Below are positions 33,301 through 45,420 of a DNA stretch of 64,000 nucleotides, piece after piece. Under the pieces are notes generated by a model that saw only the letters and a program-made list of their open reading frames with translations, ran no database searches and was not told the origin of the DNA. Within the stretch, counting starts at the first letter, position 1. Each line of letters starts with the position of its first letter. The position numbers and the translations under genes were made by a program. The stretch comes from Raillietiella orientalis. Taxonomy: Eukaryota. Where the stretch lies: the NCBI GenBank assembly GCA_036172245.1, contig JAYWIR010000005.1:248001-312000 (forward strand). Reading direction: 5' to 3'.

Positions 33301-36300
33301 GACGACCCTACAGTAAATTTTGGAGAAAAAAAAAGGATAGTCATCATCGAGTGAGTAAGTGCATAAATTCCAGCTTATAGTGATCGTTATGAATTGCACG
33401 ACATGAAAAGTCTTTTTCCCTTTTAGAGTTCAACTTGAGAGAATTATGATCGAAACATGATGCTTCTTCATTCCTACAGAGAAAAAAGGAAGAAAAAAAA
33501 AGTCGTAAACAGAGCATGCGTGAGTGATTACCGAATATAACTGGAGGTTCGTGTACATTGCTTGTCAGTCTTTTTAGAAATACAAAAATTTTATGACGAA
33601 ATCCTGGTCACTATCAAAGGAATTCACCATCATGTTAATTCGCAAAGTTGTTCAAGACGGGATATCATTTGAATATTCGTCATTCTCAGTTATCTGGGCA
33701 GTTGTTGAAATACCGAAATGCTGTATGTTTGATAGAAGGATACCTTCAATCACGGAACATTGCATTCGGTAAAAATCCAAACGATCTTGGGATTCGAAAA
33801 AACTCTTACTGGAATGATGCAGGTAATCAAGAAATGATATGTTGTGAGTGAAAAAGAAGTTTTTTTCACATCAGTCTCTTATTTCAAGATTGGATTAATC
33901 TGGGAAATGAGTTCTCGAAATATACTAAGCGGTTGTAACAATTCTAGTCATTCATCCTTTGAGATTTAGGGTAAATATCAAAAGCTATGGGAAAATAGAG
34001 TAAATAAAGAATATGTTCTTTGGAAACTACATATTTTTTTTGTGTTGTCCATGAAATAGGCATTTTGACATGTCTGATTAATATACACCACCACAGATTG
34101 TTTTTTTTTTCTTTCAAGTTTATTCTTTCGTTGAGAACTTTTTTCTCTTTTCTCTCTGCCATGTCATTAATTACACTTTCGACACTTATATTCCAAGCTT
34201 TGAAAAAATAAACTTTTGGTTATGTCTGATCTGAAGACAAGAAACTGTGCTGGAAACTTTTGAAGCAGTTATTTGTGTGACAGAAGTATGGGATAACTTG
34301 TGTAAATGCAAATGAACAGATTGAACGATCCAACTACAATCTATATTCTTTTGGAGAATATGTCCCGTTGATTATCTACAAAAAAGAATGAATAATTTTA
34401 AACTTGGAATTTTAAAAACTGAACTTTGTGGACAGAACGTGAACTACAGCTTTGTGACTGTAAACTGTTGAAGTTTTTATCTAGTAAAGTTTTTTTTGAC
34501 TTTGTGAGTTCTCACTTCAGATTCATTTTCTGATTACTTTTTCTTATCTCGTGTTTCATTTATCAAACTCGGAAGCCTATCTAACTAAATTAGCCTTCTT
34601 CAAAATGGCGTTTCTGGGAGACTAAGGGTTCAGTCCAATCCCTTCCGAGACCTGGCAACCCTACATGGATGGTGTGATCGGAAGTAACAGTTTGCCGTGG
34701 AAGCTTCGCGAAACGCAGTATGGGAGCGCGGTATTGGGTTGGGGTGTTTCATGTCAATGAACGCGATGAAACCTTGGGGTCGTGACGTGGTCTTCCCGAA
34801 CAAAACGGGGCACCCCCTGGCTGCCTTAGCCGCCGAAAGGGAAACGTTTGATAGAAACAGAAAGGCAGAATCTTTGCTGATGAATCCTTTCGTGGAAATC
34901 GAGGAATTTTCTTGAACAGCTAAGCGTCCATCTTTGCGAATGACGTAACGTTCGCACTGTCAGTCGTGAACCAATTTTATAGGCACTTTTGGCGTGACGC
35001 AGTGTCACCGTTCTTAAAGTTGAGCGTCCAGCTGGCTTTCGCCTTGGTATGTAGAGTTCAGTATACATAACAACCATGTGATACCAGCGCCTTGTCAGCA
35101 GTTCGGAAAAAAAAAAAAGAGAGAGAGAGAAATGCACAGTGAATGGAAAGCGACCGAGTTGCCACTGCACGGTGGGAACTCATCGGTAACAGTCTTTCCT
35201 TGCTAAGGAAGTTTTCGGAGTCAGCTGATTGGATCTGTGTGGACAGCGCGGTATATAGCAAGCAACATTTTTATTCTCTGAATAGCCGCCCCTACAATTT
35301 TCCTTCAGGCCATTACAAAATCACATTAGTAAGCAGTTGTCTCCCGGATGATTGCAATGGCTTCAAGACGCCGGCCCGAGAGCACTAATTAGGGTAATTG
35401 TTCCCTTCCTCCCATTCCCTAAATCGCAATGAACCCATTCGCGTATCATGAGCGAATTCATCCAAATCACCGCCGATGGTTCCATGAGCAAAATACACAG
35501 CTTCTGATAATCGAGTACAATTTCTTCCTTCAGCGACACTCTTTCGTGCCTCGATGCACGTGCTCATCCAGGCGCCATCCCCGTTCATTAATTCTCATGC
35601 TGGAGGAACAACCTGTATTCAGCGACTGTCAACGGTCGGTGTGGCGCGGCTTCCTGTTCCCAAGCCCTACCCCAATACATAAAGGTACAATTCATGTAGC
35701 CGAACGTCAAGTGTTGCAGATCATTCTGTTCCTTCTTGGTCCAACTACGTGTTTCCTGGGGCTGCCAGTTGCTCTTCCCTGAACAAATCCTCTGCTTGCA
35801 AATAACCAAAACGAGATGCACCAACAAACCTAGGACTCGGTCGAATTTCTGGACAGGTTTCAGCACAGCCAGATCAATCTCTGGCACCATCCATAATTTA
35901 TTCATTGTTTATGATAGTGGAAGCCAATTCAAGTTTGCAGTTGATTACCTTCATATGACAAAGTATCTGAAGCAATCAGAATTAATGGGCTATTCATTTA
36001 TTGCATTAATGCTAGTAAACGAGGCAATGACTTTTTGCCCACATTTTATGTCAACTGGTTCACTAGCCTCCTTTTCTTATTACTTCATATCAATGCTGAA
36101 ATTGAATGCCTACCTTTTCGTGTCACTTTTCTCGTATACTTCTCGGTCGATCGGTCCGTTATTAATTTAAAAACGTTCCACCGGAGTTACCATCATCTTT
36201 AAGCAAAAGTATCCTTAGAGAAGCTGCACATCATACAATCTCTCACACAAAAAACACCGATCCAACATGGCCAACAACATTGCTGTTGTTGGCCATGTTG

Positions 36301-37137
36301 AGGAACCAAGTTAATCAGAGACCCAATCAAGTGAATAAACAGGAATTACACTTACTAAACTAAGGCCATAAGAAGTAACTGCTCTTTATTATTCCATGTT
36401 TAACACTTCTCAAAGGCCTACATAAAAGTGGTTTTTGGTGGTGGTTTCAAGCATAGCAAGAACCGCACCCAACTTTACGTCACAGTTTCCAATGCAAAAA
36501 CAGTTTTTTTTTTTTATTTTGCGAAATTTCACGTTTCAGCCACAGCAGTGAGCTGAAATTCTACATCCCCACTTTCATATTTCACATGAACAACATCCTA
36601 ACCCTGAGAATCTGCCTTGCTTCTTTCAATGACACAAACTCAACCAAGAAACACGGACCAAGAGACCAAACATGTATAAGAGAGCCTGGATCTTTAATTC
36701 AATGATGTTTGAAGTGATTCATATCTAAAACATGACAGCAACATCCAAGCTTCATCTTCTACACCCAACCACCATCCTGTGCACCAATTGCTCAAATGGA
36801 CAATAGAAATTGCGCTTGTATACCTTTTCTTAGTAACCAATTCGCGGTTAAAAATGCTATATTTCTGGTCAGCTACGTTTGTTACTTTAAAAAAAAAAAA
36901 AAAAAAAAAAATTCAGCTTTCCCACTGCAGTTGCACAAATGAACTGAAGTCATGTATGAAATGTTCGGAGAGGTTTATTGATACTTTTAGTATTCTAATA
37001 CACAGCTGCTATTGAAGGAAATTCACATAAAATGAAGAATAAAAAAAACCTTACTAAAACCTGCTTACATATAAAAAAAAATGGAATGCAAAAGATTTTA
37101 TAATGTATTGGCAATCAATTGTAGTCAGTTTCAATGT

Positions 37138-38115
37138 TCAGAGCTGTCCACAATTGGCAATAGTGATTCTTTTGGAAGTGTCTCCACCCTGACTTCCATA
37201 ACTCTCCATCTGAAAGACAGCACAAGATTTTGGTATTCACGTCAAAAAGTTGAAATTTTTTAATTACTTTCTTGACAACATCCATTCCTTCTACTACTTT
37301 ACCGAAGACCACATGCTTGTCATCAAGCCAAGGAGTTGCTGCAGTGCATATGAAGAACTGACTACCATTAGTATTTTTGCCAGCATTAGCCATCGACAAA
37401 ATTCCTTATTGGAAAAAGACAATTAATGCAAAACATGACTGAGTGGGAACAAGCAAACCTGCATGTGTGTGTTTCAGGATGAAGTTTTCGTCAGGGAATT
37501 TATCACCATAAATGGAGACCCCACCAGTTCCATTATGCTTGGTGAAATCGCCTCCTTGACACATGAACCCAGGAATGATTCTGTGAAATGTTGACTTCTT
37601 ATAACCTTTACCCTTTTCACCAGTGCAAAGGGCACGGAAGTTTTCTGCAGTTTTGGGAACCACATCTGCATTTAGCTACAAAAGATCGTCCAAATAATTA
37701 TGAAACAAAATAAGGAAAACAACTGTTTTTCAAAATTCTCGCATTTCTAACAAAAATCTTTGAAAAACGCTGCAAACAGTAACAGACTTGATTTACGCCC
37801 AGAATCCGTCCCATACAGATGTTTACGTTACGACAAAACAACCTCCGCTCGTTAACGAACATTTGGAATTTAACAGCTTGGCAAAGCCGTTTTTACTATT
37901 ACTAACATAAATGTGCTGTCCATGCACGAAGACATGTAAGATGCACAAAAAATTACTACGAAAACGCTTACCTCGAATACTATTCGCCCCAAGCTCTCGT
38001 TATCAGCATATATATCAAAAAAACACCTAGGATTAGGCATGTTTGATATTTGCAGACAAAAGCTCTTCCAACCGAAAACGCTAACCAGCCGGCTATAAGC
38101 TGCACGCCTAAACAT
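37138..38115 (-). CDS. Cyclophilin-type peptidyl-prolyl cis-trans isomerase (CypA/CypD-like), 189 aa from the first ATG or 164 aa from the ATG at 38040; exons 38115-37972, 37675-37459, 37404-37268, 37209-37138
   Basis: NPRCFFDI...[59 protein letters not shown]...[69 protein letters not shown]. Canonical cyclophilin motifs; splice phases are consistent. Confidence 0.97.
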
Positions 38116-38129
38116 AGGAAGTGACGTAA
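38116..38129. promoter_or_regulatory. Overlapping ETS/CRE-like motif AGGAAGTGACGTAA abutting the upstream cyclophilin ATG
   Basis: A GGAAGT core overlaps TGACGT, in a CpG-retaining segment immediately 5' of the gene. Confidence 0.4.
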
Positions 38130-41100
38130 CACTTTTAAAGTGTGATTGCTTGAGCGTCAGAATCTTTTTGAAATATCCAACAATTTTACAAGTCTGCAGT
38201 ATAATCTAGCGTATATTGCCAATATTATGAAACTTGCGATAACTCATTTTATTCTCATTCCGAAGCAGAAAGGAACACGAAAATGCCAATCTCTTTTAAT
38301 CTTTTGGAAAACTTGGAGCATGTGGCTACGAATATCGCGGAAAATAAACGAATTGATTTTCAAGCAGTCAAAAACGCAGGTCAAAATATCCTTTGGACAT
38401 AATGAAACGTGAAATATCATCAGAAAATAATTGCTAAAGAGTTCTCGGGGAACGCTTCCATCTGATAGTATTTTTTAAGGAAGGTTTCGTTAGAAAAATG
38501 AATTCATGCTTTCTGAACAAAACCGAAAGAAACAGAGACCTGTAAGGGAACATTTTCTGAAGAGTTCATGTCCAAACAATAAAGTTTTCCAAAACTGATT
38601 TGAATTAATCCTGGTGGAAACAAGCAAAGCTTATGAATAAACCACGACTACGACTCAGCTATAGTTAGCAAGAAAAATTCTTAATTCCTGAACTGATAAA
38701 GTTAGTCATCTAATGATTGCAAAATGAACAGCCTAATTTCATTCGAAAGTCTGCTTTATGAATTTCATGTGGCAGTTTTTGTTTTTGTTTTCAATATTTT
38801 CCATTTCATGCTTTTCTGCGTTTACTAAGTGTAAAGTGATTTCAACTCGGACTTTTTTTATTTGAGAGTTTAAAGACAGTCATTTTTCTGTAACCTGATA
38901 CGCTCATCAGTTATCTCAATGCACATTTAGATATTAAAATAATTTACAAGTCTGAAATAAAAAGACAGAATTTCCCTAGCTTACAAGCACAGTTTATTAT
39001 TATCAATGATAATGATTCTTTGAAATTGTACTCTGATCCCAATATAAAGGAAACGGAATTTCAATTACTTTACAACTGTGTTAAAAAACAGAAGGTACGG
39101 CTGTATCTTTCTAATGACAGCTCTAAAGCTCTTTCGCCAAGTTTTATTGAAGATGATCAGCGAAGGGCATAAAAAATGATCGAAAGGAACTCAAGAGGCA
39201 AAGCACATAGGATTATTGTTCATTGTATTGCATTGCATTGCATGTTGTACTCCCAAAATTAAAAAAAAAAAAATCAGTCTTAATAAATACGGTCTTATAC
39301 AAAATATTGTGACATTGCAGGCTTGAAACAACAGCACGGTTTAGTAAACAAAATACAAAATGAGTCAGCTAGATCTAATGAAATTTAAGTCGTGCAGCGT
39401 GTGGAGGAAAAAAAAAAAAGGACCAGTTTCCTTGGGGATGAATTCGATCATTTTATCGGTATCCTATCTACCAAGCTTTTTATTATGTAGAGCATGTGAA
39501 GCAAAAACACCTTGCGCGAGCCACAGAATAATGGAACTTGCTCCCCATTTTCTCCATTTCCCTCTGGAATCGAAGTGTTATTTTCCAGGCGGGGGTGTGT
39601 CCAGAATCTGCTTCGTGTTTTTCATTCTTTCTCGAAGACGGGTCAACAGACGTGAGGAGTGGTAACACTACTCGTTATTCTACTTCGGTGCGGCCGAGGA
39701 ATTGTCCACACCGCTATTCTTCTTTACATCAGGGTTATCCACATTTTTTTTCCCCAACATTTTTACGGTTTGTGGATTTCATCCAGTGTTCGGAACTACA
39801 CCAAGCCGTAGCGTGTCGCTGAAGGACTTCACAGTGACCTCGCTGCCGTCAGAGTCAACACAAAGTGGAAGAGCCGAGCCGAGAGCCACTGTGGAGACTG
39901 ACTGAAGCTGGTGAGAAGAATCTCATCAGCCGCCGCTCTTACTATCGCGCGAGGTCATGCCATGTGCTTCCGAATACCATCCACGCATCCAGAGTCTCTG
40001 CAGATGAAAAGTGATGCGTAAAACGGATGGTCCAAGTGCAAAGGATACCGGATGGCTGCTTTTATGCATGGTACGCGAACGCCTTGTAAGCGCGAGATGT
40101 TTTCTTTTTTTTTTTGCTCATCTTGCATTCCTGTGAATTTTTCGATCCTTACTTAGTAGCGGAGCTCGCGTAGGTAGAGATGAAAGCTGCATTCATTTCG
40201 GTCGTGATACAAGGCACTCCTTCACGGGGTCGCTGCAGCAGCAGCAGCAGCTCTCCACACACTTCTCTTATTTAATGTCTCGAGCAAACCTGCTGTGCGT
40301 TACCATTCCTGCATCCAGGTGAAACCGGATATATTGGTTCAAGAGAAACGCTAAACCGAGCAGTGTGGCCACACGTCTGTTCTTCGTTGCTCATTCGTAT
40401 CCATGCCAGTCACTGTGACATACTGACACATCTGTGGTCGATTTTTGATCTTTGGTTTGTCCGAAGATCAAAAAAAATCGACTGATTTGCGGGAGGTCCG
40501 GTTCTCCTGTACGAATGATACCCTCAGGGGCGTCATCATCATCGACAAAGCGCAGCTGTTCGTGGGTATCAATGGGCGATTGAAAAAAAAAAAAAAAGAT
40601 AGCAACAGTTAGGCGCCGTAGGCCACGTCCGTCATCTTGTTGCTAGCGCGCTGCCATCTCGTGTCTGAATTGTTTAGCTCCATACCCGCCGGATGCAGCA
40701 AACATCCGCTACCGTGATACCGCGCTTCCCAAGGAGGACTTTCGAGATCCAAATGGTCGCAGCCTCCTCTCTTGTCAGGTTTCGCCGATGTAGATCTACC
40801 AGTTCACACAGTCGAACGTAAATAACGAAAGTTCGTTATGGATAAAGTCCTTCCAGTGATCTCTGAGTGGTCCTTTGGTGGAAAGTGACTCGGCGGATGT
40901 CAGAACTGCCGACGAAGGACGACAGCAGAGCGCCGAGAGAAGGCAAGGAAGGGTATTTGTTTAGACTGGAAAAGGGGTCTTCTGCCGCGGAATTTCAGGT
41001 CTTCGCGGTGGCTTTAAGCTTGAAGGAGTCTGCAAGAAGCGCACTAAGAACTCGCGCACTGGTATCGCAAGAGGATTTCGTTTCTGGATTTCGACACGAT

Positions 41101-41716
41101 GTTTCCAGGGAGTGCCATCTTCCAAACTGCTGAGATGCTAGTTCGGAGCGAGGAAGAGGAATCGGTAGGATGGGGAACCGGAAGTCTTTTCCCCGTTAGG
41201 AATCGAGAATTCCTCTCCTAGAGGCAGACGTGCGAAAGTTGCGCCGCTCCCATCCGTCTCAGATCTGTTGCTTCTTGCGAGAAGATGCAACGCGGAAATA
41301 ATGCATTTCACGCAAAATTAGGCGGTGCAAGAATGCTACTGATGAAGGGCCTGACAAATAGGGAGGCGTCCCAGGAAACCGACCCTGGAGCCACAGCGGA
41401 AGCCCATGACGAAATCTTTTCTTGAAAATTCACAGTACGCGCCATGCAACCCGCGATCGAATTTCCGAGCAGCTTAAGTTCCACCCGAAAGAGGAGTTTG
41501 TTGAAGGACGGCTTAAGGAAGCTTCCGGGAAATTCCGGGGCACGACTGCGGCGAAAGTTCGAAAACTCCGTCTTGTCCCGCTGAGATGCACCCGAAGAAC
41601 CGACGTGACGACGAACCAGCTCGGTCTCTGCTCCGTTGTCGGCTTGTGCCCGAGGTCCGAGTGGACGGGGAAACGAGCACTGCTGACCATTCCCTCAAGT
41701 TCATTCCGATTCGAGG

Positions 41717-42642
41717 TACGAGGCGCATCTCAAAAGCAAAGGCCGATCGGACATAAAGGAAGAACAAAACAAGAGAAACAAAAATAATGTCTTGGTGGTT
41801 CGAAATACGTACATTCCCATGCCATTTTTCTACGTAGTGCCCATTTTTTCCCGAAGCACTTCTGATACCGTGGAAGGAGGTTTTTGGAACCCTCTGCATC
41901 GAATTCCGCCGCCTGGGAGTTCAGTCGGTTCGGCAGCACCGCAGTTTTCCACTCCTCGCCTTCCCCCTCGAATCGTTGAGCCACTTCTTCAGGTGCGGGA
42001 AGACGTGGTGGTCGGTGGGCGCGAGGTCACCGACCACCATCGAAAAGTTCCCATTGGAATTTCTGAATCTCCAGTCTCCTGGTGAGCGTCTGTCAACGTT
42101 TTCGGGACCCATCGTGCACACAGCTTGCGGCAGCCTAGTGTGTCGGTCACAACTCTGAGCAATGTTGCCTTTGAAGCTTGTGGATGTTCTGTGGAAAGGT
42201 CACGAATCGCGAAGCGAGGATGTTCTCTCACTTTCGCATCCGCACGCTCAACGATGTCGTCAGCCTGGACGCTCGGCCTGCCACTCCTCTCTTCATCGCG
42301 GACATTTTTGAACGGATCTCCCCACACTCACGACACCATTGCCTTACTCTTCCTTCACTCATTGCTGCAGGCCCATGGATTCCACACGGTTCACGGTGGG
42401 TTACAGGCAGCGTTACGTCCTTTTTGCACTAAGAAATCGAGTCACTGACCGCACTTGTTTTCGCACTCGTCGTAACTCCCTGTCACACAAGGGCAAGCAG
42501 CAACAACAACAGACTTGGTGGAAATATGGCGACCGCATGCTCAGCGGACCAGTTGAAGCTGCTGCACTCATACATTCTTGTTTCTCTTACTTGTTCTTTC
42601 TTTGTATCCGAACGGCCCTTACTTTTTCAGATGCGTCTCGTA
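41717..42642 (-). mobile_element. Internally deleted mariner (Tc1/mariner) DNA transposon with about 70-bp imperfect TIRs and TA ends
   Basis: Transposase remnants DEERSGRPS...RKLCARWVPKTL (HTH/WVP motif) are joined directly to DLAPTDHHVFPHLKKWL (YSPDLAP region) and KNGHYVEK. The left end tacgaggcgcatctcaaaagcaaaggccgatcgg matches the reverse complement of the right end ccgaacggcccttactttttcagatgcgtctcgta. Confidence 0.9.
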
Positions 42643-42699
42643 CGTACCGCGTCCTTCCAGGAAGCGGAACTCGTCTCGCTGAAGTTTCCCTCGCCGCAG

Positions 42700-43650
42700 G
42701 AAGAAACCCGATGATCGAGCTGCAGATGAAGCTGAGTCTGGGGCCTGCAACGCGGTTGAGCCAGGGCGTTTATCGCAACAGACAATAAGATGCGGGTTTC
42801 ACTCTGGGGAGAGGGTGGGCACCAGGAACTCGACGGGACGTGGTCATTCCAGTGCCGAGGGGCATCCAACTCTGAAGGTCTTTCCTGTTTTCGCTGCCAG
42901 GCGGGGGCCGATTGCTGACTCGATGTACCACAGCAGCTGCCACGTTTATGGAGAGCACCTGTCTTCCTGGCCACTTTTTCTGCCCGAGGATCCTCCAGAG
43001 GCTGGAAGGAGCAGTGGTCTCTCAGAGCCTCTGGAAGGGAAAACCAAGTTTGATGACCTGTTTCTGGAGCTTCGTGCTCCCCACCCACTACAACTTACAT
43101 CAGAAGCACCTTTGTGCCCGTTGTGTCACGGCCATTCATTCCGCTGTTTCCGCAGCAACTGTGTTTGGATCCCACTGAAACGGTGGTCACGAACGCCATC
43201 GATTCCGGTGGGCTGGGAGGCATCAGCCCGCTTTATTCCCATGTCGGGTGCCTCAGTAAAGGTGAGAGCTCAGTGTTTCCGGGACGCAAGGAAGCAGACC
43301 ATGGGGCGAGGAAGGGAATGTCGCCCCCGGAAGGGGAAAGGAGGAATCTCTTCTTCGATCTCGTAGATGTCGCCGCTCGCTTGTCAGAGCTGGCTGCGAA
43401 ACCCGGGAGCATCATGCAGCCGATCAGCTTGTTCCTCCACTGCAACATCACTGCTTTCGATCTTGAGGATCGTGAGAAAGGCAGCCTCACATGGAGTTTG
43501 AGATACGCTCTGAAATTGCGGTCTATTCGGAACTGAGCGTGAACGTTTTTTTTTTCCTCTCCAAGATGACCCTCGCAAGTGGTAAAACTCAGCGTGAGCT
43601 CACAGATGAAAAATCTCCCCGACCGACCCTTCATTGCTCATTCATGTTCT
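42700..43650 (-). mobile_element. Degenerate L1/Tx1-like reverse transcriptase fragment
   Basis: An eroded D..KAFD.V.W...L...GFP-like segment lies near 43040-43130 on the minus strand. Frames are broken and boundaries approximate. Confidence 0.35.
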
Positions 43651-43859
43651 CGCTCTGTCGTCAACTTGGCCATCAGAGGTGACCTCTCATCAGGGTACGC
43701 CTCTAACGAGACAAACTGATGAACCATCGATAAAACTCCATATCTTGTATCATTTAGTTTTGTCCTTTTTTATTTAATTTTCTTTTCTTTTAGCGCTCAG
43801 TGTTGCCATTGAAAAGTGTGCTTTTCATTTCCAAGGCCATTAGCTACCTCCGCTTCAGC

Positions 43860-44700
43860 AGCGCGAGGGAGAGGAAAACAAAAAGCAAAAAAATACAAAC
43901 AAACACACCAAAACAAGGGAGGGGAATTTTACATGGGAAGGGGGTAGAGAAGGGGGGTAGATCCAGGAAGGGGTCACAGTAAGCTGCTCGGCGTTCTCTG
44001 AATCCTGTTCGGGATGCTGGCAAGTTCCGTTTGTATCTCGCCCAGGTGGAGCCATCTCGAGGCGGTTCTCTGGAAGATCTACGCCCCGTGGATGACAGCT
44101 ATCTCGGCCTCTTCTTCTGGCGTTCCAGGACACCGCTATGAACCCGAGAAGACATCACGGTTCTGCGAGGGCCGCGACTGGCGGCAGTGCGGCGCCTCAT
44201 GCATGATGAGGCGTTTGAAAATGTCCCTGGAACTGCCTAGGATCGTCGTGAGGCGATCTCAAAGAGTTCGGAGGGCAGCACTGTCCAACAGCAGGTGGGG
44301 AAGGGTCTCCTTCTTCCCTCACCTGCCGCACTGAGCGGCATCCACGCTCCCCCCCTTCTCGTGTCCAGAAGCGAAGGCGCGCTTCGCATGGGATTCCCCT
44401 GTGCGCCACCAGCAACGCCAATTCCCGCCACTCGAGGGGGAGAGTGCCACTGCTCCAGCACGCTGGAAGGGAGCCACTTCACCTCCTCCGGAGGGACGTC
44501 GAGCAGCTCTCTCCAGCATAGAAGTCTGTGAGGTGGGATCCCACACTCGATGTCGCAGCACCCGTCACCTTCCGAGTTGTCCACCCCCTCCCAGAAGTTT
44601 CTTCTTCGCTTCCATGCAGCACGTCGCTTCCCACCTTGCTGGGATCACTCGGACCCTTGCGTCCCTTAGGGAGGGCGGCACTGGGGCAAGCGAGGTGGGC
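43860..44700 (-). mobile_element. Diverged L1/Tx1 3' end fragment
   Basis: Shares the gcaagttcc...cccaggtggagccatct block and the EGDPSP..VGQCCPP/zf-RVT-like region with the other 3'-end copies. Confidence 0.55.
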
Positions 44701-44879
44701 GAGGCCCACCGCATCTTCTGCGGATTGCCGATCATCTCCTCCGGCGACTTGCAAGCGTTGATACCTCGGTGACCAGCGTTGACCTAATGTGACATAAACC
44801 CTTTGGGTTCTTCCGCTTTTATGCTTTCCTTCGAGCTTTTTTTTTTTGCTCCTCAAGGAGTACTGAAGAACCGTTCGCC

Positions 44880-45420
44880 CCCATTAGGGGAGGTCACGAA
44901 GCTCCCCTTTGACACCATCAGCGCCACCCGAGGCGCGCGTGTCACTATCCCAGTTGGGGAGTAACCCGGGTAGGGACCACCCCTTTCTCGTTCTCTTCGG
45001 AGGGACCTCTGCCAGAAGGAGAGTCCTCACTCCTCGTTTCCTTCCCTGAAGGGAGCTCCCCGAAGGAAGCGACGCTCTACTTGACACTCTGGAGAGGTGT
45101 TCATTCACCAGATCGATGGAGGGTCCCCCCTCCCTGAGGAAGGAGACGGCTCCCTTCTCACAGCCAGAGGCGAATCCCAAAGAACTGAGTGGTTCCTGGA
45201 AGGACCCCGAATGGTTGACTTCTAATCCCGGAGTCGGTCATCGAGGACATTTCGGTGATGCACCCCAATGAATGGAGGCCAACCAGCGTCATATCGCAGG
45301 AGGAACTCGAACCTGAGACGCCACCCCCCCCATCTCCACGTCGATTCTTGCCAAGTATTCGCATCCACGACCCGTGGCGCCACACGCGGAGGCCGCAGCC
45401 ACAGGACTGCCAGAATATTC
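44880..45420 (-). repeat. Repeat family X copy
   Basis: The head tgtggctgcggcctccgcgtgtggcgcc and the body translation EKGAVSFLREGGPS match copy 3775-4620 (EKGAVLLLREDPPS). Confidence 0.6.

Noticed and set aside
35385..35905. Two minus-strand ORFs coupled by a TAATG stop-start overlap
   Set aside because: Neither peptide is recognisable; such overlaps arise by chance and there is no viral or prokaryotic context.
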